DNA from: a bacterium
GTDB taxonomy: Bacteria; Hinthialibacterota; Hinthialibacteria; Hinthialibacterales; Hinthialibacteraceae
Direction of reading: 5' to 3'
NCBI GenBank assembly: GCA_963662285.2
Contig: CAXXMV010000006.1
Span: 1,056,001 to 1,120,000, forward strand
DNA length: 64,000 bases
Under the pieces are notes generated by a model. The model was given only the letters and a program-made list of their open reading frames with translations, was not told where the DNA came from and ran no database searches. Numbering within the stretch: the first letter of the stretch is position 1; every line of letters starts with the position of its first letter. The position numbers and the translations under genes are program-made. This document shows, one piece after another, positions 20,225 through 28,603 of this stretch.

Positions 20225-20252
20225 GAGAGATTTTCGGTCTCTCTTTTTTTTT
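20225..20252 (+). terminator. Rho-independent terminator
   Basis: GAGAGA-TTTTCGG-TCTCTC followed by nine T. Confidence 0.75.
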
Positions 20253-20270
20253 GTTTAAGATACATGAACT

Positions 20271-20618
20271 TTATGCTGCGGGACAGGCGACTTTTTTCCA
20301 GATTTCTTCCTGATCCCGGCAGTTGTCCGATAATACGAATGGAGTGACAGTGGCGTCATTGCGTTTCATGGTCATATTGCGGTACTGGTTTAAGCAATAG
20401 GCCGGTAGATCAACAGTGATTTCGCTGTGTGGAGGGATTTCCAGTTCGGTATTTTCTGCCAGAGCGGCGTTTTGCAGCCCCATAGAAGGAAGCAGGATTT
20501 CAAAGCAACGCCCTTTTTCCAAAAAAATAGTTTGCGGTTCAGCAGTTGGATTTTCTAACTCAAGATGGACGGATAGAAAAGGAGGAATCATTTTATTAAT
20601 CCTTTTGGTTTGAATCAT
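20271..20618 (-). CDS. Small hypothetical protein (PAYCLN and QEEIW motifs)
   Basis: 115-aa ORF overlapping the end of the upstream gene; beta-rich. Confidence 0.55.
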   Translation of the reverse strand: MIQTKRINKMIPPFLSVHLELENPTAEPQTIFLEKGRCFEILLPSMGLQNAALAENTELEIPPHSEITVDLPAYCLNQYRNMTMKRNDATVTPFVLSDNCRDQEEIWKKVACPAA

Positions 20619-21723
20619 GTTTTTGAGATAGATGATATTGAGGCCAGATCATTCGTTTTGGCCTTTGGTTCATCTGTGGTAAATCAGGCGACTGGTATGA
20701 TCCCTCAATCCATGCATTTTTAAGAATGACGCGGCTATTGTTCATTGCTTCCGGTAAACTTCCCACTCGAACCGATGGATAAAAATGGAGTGAATTGGCG
20801 TTGTGAATTTCAAAACTGTCATCTCCATCACGCCAACCGGATATTAGATTTACATCTTTGTTGCATGCTATAAGTAATGAGCGTCCCCCAACGGTTTTGC
20901 CTTTATCCTTCTTGCGTCCGATGGGAACGTCTTGATATGCGCGACGGCTAATATCTTCAGCTTTTTCTTCCTTTAGAATATTAATAATATTTTTAGTCGG
21001 TTCCATGGAAATTCTTTGCCCGGGCAAAGGCAGGTTGATGACGTTATCCAGTTGCTTGCGTTCTTTTTTTACTTCTGGAGGTAAGTTATCTTCTTCTTTA
21101 TCAAGGTATTCCAATGCATGACGAGTGGGCCGGTTTATGAGGCGCTCCAGGTTCTCTTCGAATTGCGTCATCCAAGCTGTTTCCGGTTCGCGCACCACGG
21201 CGCATTGACCCTCCTTAAAGAATGGATAGAAGCATGTGCTTTTGAATTCTTTACGGAGAAATGAAAGGCTATTCCATAATTCTTCATCAATCAGGAATAA
21301 TGGGCCGCCTAGTTGATAGATTGCTGAGTCGATCTGGTTGGTATCCAGCACCTGAGTATTATTTCCATAGGTTATATAAAATAGAAGTGGAAAATGTCCT
21401 ATTTTGGGAACTATGATTTCAGTCCACTTGCGCATGACTTCTATGGCGATTTTCTCGTCCGGTACATTCTGCTGATTGAGTTGGCAGATGAGTTTTTTTT
21501 CTGATGAGATTAATACAGTGCATAGCGCGTCTGGATTTTGGCCTATAGCTTGACGCAGACTTTTGCATCTATCCTGCATCCATGATTTTGGATCAGCATC
21601 AGCGAGAAAGTCGTTTAGTCTATCTTCTGAATAACGGGAAACAATAAATACGGTTAATATTGCTGACATATTCCAACCTTCTATACTACAGTCTTCCAAC
21701 ACAAAAGAATCCATATTGTACAT
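20596..21723 (-). CDS. Hypothetical cytoplasmic protein
   Basis: 375-aa ORF, no motif recognised. Confidence 0.6.
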   Translation of the reverse strand: MYNMDSFVLEDCSIEGWNMSAILTVFIVSRYSEDRLNDFLADADPKSWMQDRCKSLRQAIGQNPDALCTVLISSEKKLICQLNQQNVPDEKIAIEVMRKWTEIIVPKIGHFPLLFYITYGNNTQVLDTNQIDSAIYQLGGPLFLIDEELWNSLSFLRKEFKSTCFYPFFKEGQCAVVREPETAWMTQFEENLERLINRPTRHALEYLDKEEDNLPPEVKKERKQLDNVINLPLPGQRISMEPTKNIINILKEEKAEDISRRAYQDVPIGRKKDKGKTVGGRSLLIACNKDVNLISGWRDGDDSFEIHNANSLHFYPSVRVGSLPEAMNNSRVILKNAWIEGSYQSPDLPQMNQRPKRMIWPQYHLSQKHDSNQKD

Positions 21724-21825
21724 GCATTACATCTACGTACAAAATAGTATTTAATTAAGAGAAACAAATCGATATCATTCAAGAATATGTTATTACGAAT
21801 TGGATTTGTAAAATAGAGTAGTCTA

Positions 21826-23742
21826 CTATTTTCCCGGCCAATCCCAATTTACTAAATCATCGCTCCAGGCCATCCCCATACTGGCATAACCATGCGCGCC
21901 TATTGCCTTTAGTCCATCTTTTGAACTGCCGTGAAAGAACATGACGCACTTTCCTATAGTTGGATTATCCCGTAGATCAACCACTGTCGCCGCAGTTAAT
22001 CTGCCTTGCGCCCAGGGCCATTGTTTTTGCCCCAGGGTAATGAGTTGAACGTCATCGCCCCACTGTTCTATGTTTTGGGACCGTTTGACGCCAATGCCAT
22101 TTTGAGGTGAATGGAACATGATGAATTCTTCATAGTCTTTGAGGACCGTTACATTTTCTCCAGCTTTTCTATGACCCGCGTATGTCCAGTTTTTCAGGTC
22201 ATACGAATATGAGAGGCTGACGCCGTTTTGTTTGTAGAAACACCACCACTTGCCATCGGCGTCTTGAAACAGGTAGGGATCAATCATACGTCCCATATCT
22301 TCAACTGGAATATCAGCGCCCTTAACCGCTAATAATTCAGGTTGAGACCATTGTTCTAAATCATTGCTGCGCATGATCCAGATGCGTGATGTTTGATTGC
22401 CCCATTTTTCCAGATTGGGCGTGGGGTAGGTTTGCAGGCAGATTAACCATTGATTATCAAAGCGGATGATATTTCCCGGACTGGAATAATTCAGATCACG
22501 GTCGCGGGGCGTGATAGTGCGGGGAAAAGTCCAATGGATCAGGTCGCGGCTTTTGCTGTAGGCCGTCATATTATAATAACCGCCATCCGCAGTTGATTCT
22601 GATAGGGTGAAATATAGATAGAAGGTTTGGTTGTGATAGACCACCGCCGGATCGCGGTAAGCGAATTTGGAGTCTCCCTGGAAAATTATGGGAGAGGTTA
22701 TATCACTCCAGCTAATTTTTGGGGGTAGTTTATGGTCAGATGGTTTTACGCCAGTCTTATGTCCATTGAAACCAATTGGATTTGGATTGTATTCGCCGAT
22801 CAAATCCACATTAGATTTTTCTGGGATATCTTTTTCCATGCCCAGACCCCAATAGCATGCGTTTACTATAAGGCGTCTGAAACCTTCGTTTTTAAAATCA
22901 TCTCCATGTCCCATGGTAGAAGTGAATACTCTTGATTCTTTCCCTTTGGCGCCGGTATATGTCTTGGCCCAGGCAACGGGAACTAGTTCTTTATCAGAAT
23001 TGGGGGGATCATTTGGATTCATACCGGTTAAAACTTGACCCATGATAAGTGGTTGGCAATCACCGTTTAAGGTTGTGATTCCATAAACATCTGAAGGTCC
23101 CCAGATATCCCGGCAACCTTTGACAATTGGGTGTTGCTCCATCCCTTCAGCAATATGGCCGCGCGTGCTTTCTACTTGATGGCTGCCATAGTGTTTGATC
23201 CATGTTTCCCCCAGGATTTGCCGACCGAATCCGCCATAGAAGTCGTTTCCTTTATATCTGTAATCATATCTGATATAGGTTTTACTATTGTCATCAATCT
23301 TGAAAGCAGCTACCGTCGGTCTTATGCCGATCATGGGTTTTCCGGAGTTGGTGTAATCAACAATGCATTTCATCTGTTCATCGGGTAAATCCCGGAAGCG
23401 GATAAAAATGATCATCAAATCGGCGGATTGGAGAAGATCAAGCCCAGGTATATTGTCGCTCTGATAAGGATTTATGGTTCCATCCTTACGGTCTATAGCG
23501 AAGAGCACCGTGCATTTGAATCCATGACGCAGCGCCAGAATTTTGGCTAATTGGGGCATTGATTCTTCTGATCGATATTCCTCATCGCCTGTAACCAAGA
23601 CGATATGCTTGCCATTTCCCGCGCCGTTGGCGCCTTCAAACGAAATCCATTGATCAGCCGCCTGGGTCTGGTGAATCAAGTAAAAAAAGGTTCCGGTGAA
23701 TAACCAGAACCAGATAGATATCTTAATGTAATACTGTTTCAT
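21826..23742 (-). CDS. Secreted ThuA-like domain fused to a five-bladed beta-propeller glycoside hydrolase (GH32/GH43-like clan)
   Basis: Signal peptide; HIVLVTGDEEYRSEE and RVFTSTMGH (ThuA-like); YRDPAVV, YSSPGNII, MIDPYL, AWSDDLVNW (propeller GH). Confidence 0.75.
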   Translation of the reverse strand: MKQYYIKISIWFWLFTGTFFYLIHQTQAADQWISFEGANGAGNGKHIVLVTGDEEYRSEESMPQLAKILALRHGFKCTVLFAIDRKDGTINPYQSDNIPGLDLLQSADLMIIFIRFRDLPDEQMKCIVDYTNSGKPMIGIRPTVAAFKIDDNSKTYIRYDYRYKGNDFYGGFGRQILGETWIKHYGSHQVESTRGHIAEGMEQHPIVKGCRDIWGPSDVYGITTLNGDCQPLIMGQVLTGMNPNDPPNSDKELVPVAWAKTYTGAKGKESRVFTSTMGHGDDFKNEGFRRLIVNACYWGLGMEKDIPEKSNVDLIGEYNPNPIGFNGHKTGVKPSDHKLPPKISWSDITSPIIFQGDSKFAYRDPAVVYHNQTFYLYFTLSESTADGGYYNMTAYSKSRDLIHWTFPRTITPRDRDLNYSSPGNIIRFDNQWLICLQTYPTPNLEKWGNQTSRIWIMRSNDLEQWSQPELLAVKGADIPVEDMGRMIDPYLFQDADGKWWCFYKQNGVSLSYSYDLKNWTYAGHRKAGENVTVLKDYEEFIMFHSPQNGIGVKRSQNIEQWGDDVQLITLGQKQWPWAQGRLTAATVVDLRDNPTIGKCVMFFHGSSKDGLKAIGAHGYASMGMAWSDDLVNWDWPGK

Positions 23743-23781
23743 TATAATAAGGTCTTTCTATTAAAATTGCGTCGTTATCAA

Positions 23782-23915
23782 CCCTCTCCTAAACTCTCCC
23801 AATCTTGGGAGAGGAATGTTAGACTAAAGTGTTTAGTATGACTAAGTCAAAATTATATAACTGGTTATATGCCAAAACCCCTCTCCCCCAAGCATGGGTG
23901 AGAATTCAAGAGGGG
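23782..23915. repeat. Pair of inverted GC-rich REP/BIME-like palindromes
   Basis: ccctctcctaaactctcccaatcttgggagagg and a degenerate, oppositely oriented cccctctccccaagcatgggtgagaattcaagagggg. Confidence 0.4.
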
Positions 23916-23982
23916 ATTGTTATATGAATCCTTTTCATAAATAATCAAAATCCTAATTGAACTGCTGTTCAGGGGATTATGA

Positions 23983-25296
23983 TTATACCTCAAGTTTCCA
24001 TGGTTTGCGGTAAGGTCTTCTGAGCCATGAATTCAGTTCTGGGTGGTTGGTGATTCTCTCATTTTCGCCATCCCATACCAGGCGCTCGCCCGTTCTGTAG
24101 GCAATGCTGCCTAAATGGCAGATATTGGATGCTTTATGACATACTTCCACATCGCAGACGCAACGTTCGCGCGTTTTTAATTTTGTCAGGAAATCCATGA
24201 CATGCCGAGTATTCATGTCCAGGTGATCTACCGTTTTATCTATGGCTGGGGTTCCCTTACCGAAAGGTTCTTTTTCCGGCCAGACGATAAGCCGGTCGCG
24301 ATCCAGGAAAAGAGTCCCTTTTGATCCATAGAATTCAATGCCGTATCCGTCCCAGGTGGCCATTTTAGGTTGATGAGGTGGATCAAAAGCATTGCCGGAG
24401 CGGAGGGTGAACTCAACCAGGCAATCTTTGAATTTGAAGATAGTATCCAGCGTGTCGGGCGTTTCGGAGCAATCGGTGAAGAAGAATTTCCCACCCTCAG
24501 CGGATATGGAAAGCGGGTCGCTCTGCTGTATGCCCCATAGAACGATGTCTAGCTGATGGACTCCCCAATCTGTCATCCAACCGCCGTCGGTATCCCAGAA
24601 CCAGCGGAAACCGCCGTGGCATCTTTGGGGGAAATAGGGACGTTTGGGTAATGGTCCCAGCCAGAAATCCCAATCCAGTTCCTTGGGTGGTTCGGTAAAC
24701 CTGGCTTGTCCCATGCCTTGGGGATTATTATTACGCAGGCTCCAGCTTTTGGCTTTTTGGATATTACCTATGTAGCCTTCATGTAGTAACTTGACGCCTT
24801 CCTGGAAATTTTCGGCGGAATGAGATTGGGTTCCGCATTGCACCACGCGGTTGTATTTCCGGGCTGCTTTGATCATCTGCTGACCTTCCCAAACTGTAAC
24901 AGCCAAGGCTTTTTCGCAGTAGATATCCAACCCCGCTTTGCAGGCATCGACGAATGGCAGTGCATGCCAATGGGGAGGCGTGGCGATGATAACCGCATCT
25001 AATCCTTTATGTTCTAAAAGGTTACGATAATCCTTATAGGTTTTGACGTCTTCGCCTCCGGCGAGTTCCTGTCCTACTTTAAGACGATTCTGGTCAATAT
25101 CGCATACTGCCAGGAAATTAGCGTCGCATTTGAGGAATTCACGAATAAGGTCTTTTCCCCGGCCGCTGCATCCAATTAAACCAACATTAACCTGCTCATT
25201 GGCTCCCAGTACATTGATGGCTGGCGCTGAAGCCAGAAAAACGGAAGCGCCGGTTGCAACCCGGTTAAATTGTCTCCGTGAAATATCGTTATTCAT
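23983..25296 (-). CDS. Gfo/Idh/MocA-family oxidoreductase, Tat-exported
   Basis: SRRQF Tat motif; VGLIGCSGRG; IATPPHWH; YCEKA; DWGVHQLD. Confidence 0.93.
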   Translation of the reverse strand: MNNDISRRQFNRVATGASVFLASAPAINVLGANEQVNVGLIGCSGRGKDLIREFLKCDANFLAVCDIDQNRLKVGQELAGGEDVKTYKDYRNLLEHKGLDAVIIATPPHWHALPFVDACKAGLDIYCEKALAVTVWEGQQMIKAARKYNRVVQCGTQSHSAENFQEGVKLLHEGYIGNIQKAKSWSLRNNNPQGMGQARFTEPPKELDWDFWLGPLPKRPYFPQRCHGGFRWFWDTDGGWMTDWGVHQLDIVLWGIQQSDPLSISAEGGKFFFTDCSETPDTLDTIFKFKDCLVEFTLRSGNAFDPPHQPKMATWDGYGIEFYGSKGTLFLDRDRLIVWPEKEPFGKGTPAIDKTVDHLDMNTRHVMDFLTKLKTRERCVCDVEVCHKASNICHLGSIAYRTGERLVWDGENERITNHPELNSWLRRPYRKPWKLEV

Positions 25297-25450
25297 TATT
25301 TTCTCCCAATAATTAAATGTAATCGATTATCAAGTTATTTTATTTCCTTAAATCTACAGCAATGCATTACCCCTGAATAGATGAAAAGAGTGAATTTTTT
25401 CATAATCTCTCTAATCATAACAATCAAATAATACAAAGTTTTTTTAATTT

Positions 25451-25466
25451 GGGCATAGAGGTTGCA
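25451..25466 (+). promoter_or_regulatory. Sigma54 (-24/-12) promoter of flgK-flgL
   Basis: GGGCATAGAGGTTGCA: GG-N10-GC spacing matching TGGCAC-N5-TTGCW, ~100 bp upstream of flgK. Confidence 0.7.
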
Positions 25467-25567
25467 ATATATCCAATAAATCCTCTTTCCAGGCAAGAGA
25501 ATCGGCAAAATTTGCCGGTTTTTGCCTGTGTAATATGGATAAATAATCCGAAAAACTGGATGAAGAC

Positions 25568-28500
25568 ATGGTTACCCTCTTTGGAATACTAAATGTTGGC
25601 GCTCGTGGATTGAGCGCAGCTCAATCCGGGCTTAATACCGCAGGTAATAATGTCGCCAACGTTAACAATGAAGCATATTCACGCCAACGGATTGTTCAGA
25701 CTACGATCGATCCGATCATGTTTCCCAATGGAGCGGCAGGGCAGGGAGTAAGCGTCGTAACCATTGAACGTATTAGAGATATGCTTTTGGAAACTCAGAT
25801 CAATAATGCGACCAGTGATAAGAATTTCAATGAACAACTGAATTCGATTATTGATCGAATCGGATCAATAATGAATGATCCATTGACTACGATATCCGAT
25901 ACTTCGAATAACAGCTCAAATGGAGGGCTGAATAATCTTTTATCCAATTTTTTTGATGCTTTCCATGAACTAACAAATTCTCCGGAAGCGCCTGAAGTCC
26001 GTTCAGCTGTGGTGGAAAGCGCGCGAACATTAGCAGAGTCATTTTCTTCCATCGCGAACGATTTTGGCTCATTGCGTAGTGACCTTAATGAACAAGTAAA
26101 ATTTTATACAGCGGAAATAAACCAAAAAACGCAGGAGATTGCCAGTCTAAATGAAAGGATTGCGGCGGCGGAGGGAGGCAGCAAGGTAAATGCCAATGAT
26201 TTTCATGACCGGCGCGATAAACTAGTTACAGAACTCTCAGAAATTGTTCCGATAAAAGTTATTGATAATCCTAATGGGACAATAAACGTCTCAATTGCCG
26301 GCCAAGCTGTTGTAGATAATGTCAATGCCACAATGCTCCAATTAGAAAGCGTTGATACTGAGAACCTTGATATCGTCAGTATTCGCATCGGCGCAGGGGG
26401 CATGGATGTCATAGATAAAGATATCAGAAACGGAAAACTGGGCGCCATCCTTGACGCCCGCGACCGTCTTGTGCCATCTCTTCAGGATCAGATTGATGAA
26501 TTAGCTCGCGGCGTTATGTATGAAGTAAATAAAATTCACTGTGGTTCTTCCGGCGTTGAGGGATATGACAAAGTCACCAGTAACTTTGATTTTCCGCAAG
26601 GTGCTGAAGATGAGGATAGTATAATAACGCTGGATCGAATTTTCAATAATCCGGTATTATCCAGTAGGAAAAGCATAGGTAATAGTCCATACCCGGTGCA
26701 AAATGGAACGTTCTCCATCAGGGTGGCGGATGAAGATAATAAGGCTCGTGATGTTTTTGATGTAAATATTAACGTCGAAGACACCTTGAATGATATAGTT
26801 GAACGTATAGACCGCAGTGATGGTGTAGTAAGCAGCGTTCGTTCATCACTGAAGTTTGATCCGGTTTATATTGCAAAGGTGCAGGGTAATTTAGGAGCGG
26901 ATGCAACTGAATTGCCTGGCGCAATTGCTTCGTTTGCGTCATTAGAAGGGAAGCCAATTGCAGAGGCAGCAGGTGATTATACCTTCGATATTCGTCTGCG
27001 GAATCCAGCGGGAAGTGAAGTGGATTCCGACCCGAATACGAGTGGCATTAATCCCTTTACGGTTACGATCAACAGCGCAATGACGCTGCAAGAGGTGGCC
27101 GCTGAAATACAGAATACCGGCGCCGGTAGAATCCGTGCGCAATTAGTAACCAGTACTACTGATCCCGATAGTACCGTTTTGCGGATAGAGGCAATTGAGA
27201 GAGGCGCCACAATCTCTTTTGAAAATGATAATTCCGGAATTGTCCAAGGTTTTGACTTTCCTATAACTGATCCATCTGTTCCCTTGATTGGCGGCAATGC
27301 GACAAAAACGCAAACCGTTTTTACCGGAGACTCAGCGGACTCTTTGCTGGGAGCGGGCGGCCCGAATTTTAACACAGTTTACGCCGGACCTCCTCCGACT
27401 ATTATCGGCGAAGGCAGTTTTGATTTTGTTATAGTTGATAACAATAATATTCCCGTCATGCATACCATTGACATTGCGGCGGCTGGCGTGAATACGCTGG
27501 ATGAACTGGCTGCGCAAATGGAGGGATTTGATAACAATATCAATGTGGAAATTACAGCCGATAATGAATTCATCATTACAGCTGATAATAATCGCTCATT
27601 CTTTTTCCGCAATGATACCACCGGTCTGGTGGAAGCGATGGGCTTTTCTGAAATTGATGGATTCGGAAAGATAGGCGACCAGCCATTTCAGGAAGGCAGT
27701 TTCGAAATAATAGTTGCGGAAAAAGATGGTAAAGTTACTCATATAGTTGAGGTTCCGGTTCAAGCGGATTCATCCAAAACGGGCGGTGTTTTTACGCTTA
27801 ACGATATTGTTGAGCAGATAAATCGCACAACTAGTGATTATAGCGCTCCTTTAAGGGCTTCTATCGTGAGCGATCCAAGCGACCCAACTAAAAATCAATT
27901 GCAAATTAAATCAGAAGAAGGTTATGAATTTACATTTCGCAGTGACGACAGCCTTCTTCTTTCCGCGCTAGGTTTTACAAATGGTCCGGTTTTGGCCGCA
28001 ACCGGAGATAATCCGATACTAGGCGCGGATCAGACTATATCGATTGGAGATTCAATCGGCGGCATCGTGCGGGCGCAGATTATAAACAACGATATCATAG
28101 AGATTTCAACTACGGATAATGATCAAATAACCTTTGTTGGTGATAGCAGTTATTTCCTGGCAGCTGTCGGCATCAATTCGTTGTTCAATGGAACTGATGC
28201 GTTATCAATGGAAATAAACCAGGATATAAAGAAAAATAATAATCTACTGGGAGCTTCGAAAGACGGTGCACGGGGAAATAACGAATCAGCGTTGGCTATA
28301 GCGCAATTGCAAGACAAGATTGTTATCGACAAGATGACGCTGAACGAGTTTTACCGCTCAGCAGTAGCCAGTCTGGGCAACGAGGGAAGCCGCACCAGAC
28401 AGTTTCTTCAAACGACTGAAGATATCCTGCGCGAACTGGAAACATTGCGCGAACAAAATTCCGGAGTATCTCTGGATGAGGAATCTCTCAATATTATCCG

Positions 28501-28588
28501 TTTTCAACAAGCCTATCAGGCATCAGCGCGTTTTATCTCCACAATCGATGGCCTGATTGATGTAATCATCAATCAAATAGGCGCCTAA
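25568..28588 (+). CDS. flgK: Flagellar hook-associated protein 1, extended (1006 aa)
   Basis: GLSAAQSGLNTAGNNVANVNNEAYSRQR N-terminus; SGVSLDEESLNIIRFQQAYQASAR C-terminus. Confidence 0.93.
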   Translation: MVTLFGILNVGARGLSAAQSGLNTAGNNVANVNNEAYSRQRIVQTTIDPIMFPNGAAGQGVSVVTIERIRDMLLETQINNATSDKNFNEQLNSIIDRIGSIMNDPLTTISDTSNNSSNGGLNNLLSNFFDAFHELTNSPEAPEVRSAVVESARTLAESFSSIANDFGSLRSDLNEQVKFYTAEINQKTQEIASLNERIAAAEGGSKVNANDFHDRRDKLVTELSEIVPIKVIDNPNGTINVSIAGQAVVDNVNATMLQLESVDTENLDIVSIRIGAGGMDVIDKDIRNGKLGAILDARDRLVPSLQDQIDELARGVMYEVNKIHCGSSGVEGYDKVTSNFDFPQGAEDEDSIITLDRIFNNPVLSSRKSIGNSPYPVQNGTFSIRVADEDNKARDVFDVNINVEDTLNDIVERIDRSDGVVSSVRSSLKFDPVYIAKVQGNLGADATELPGAIASFASLEGKPIAEAAGDYTFDIRLRNPAGSEVDSDPNTSGINPFTVTINSAMTLQEVAAEIQNTGAGRIRAQLVTSTTDPDSTVLRIEAIERGATISFENDNSGIVQGFDFPITDPSVPLIGGNATKTQTVFTGDSADSLLGAGGPNFNTVYAGPPPTIIGEGSFDFVIVDNNNIPVMHTIDIAAAGVNTLDELAAQMEGFDNNINVEITADNEFIITADNNRSFFFRNDTTGLVEAMGFSEIDGFGKIGDQPFQEGSFEIIVAEKDGKVTHIVEVPVQADSSKTGGVFTLNDIVEQINRTTSDYSAPLRASIVSDPSDPTKNQLQIKSEEGYEFTFRSDDSLLLSALGFTNGPVLAATGDNPILGADQTISIGDSIGGIVRAQIINNDIIEISTTDNDQITFVGDSSYFLAAVGINSLFNGTDALSMEINQDIKKNNNLLGASKDGARGNNESALAIAQLQDKIVIDKMTLNEFYRSAVASLGNEGSRTRQFLQTTEDILRELETLREQNSGVSLDEESLNIIRFQQAYQASARFISTIDGLIDVIINQIGA

Positions 28589-28603
28589 TTAAGGTGAATT
28601 ATC

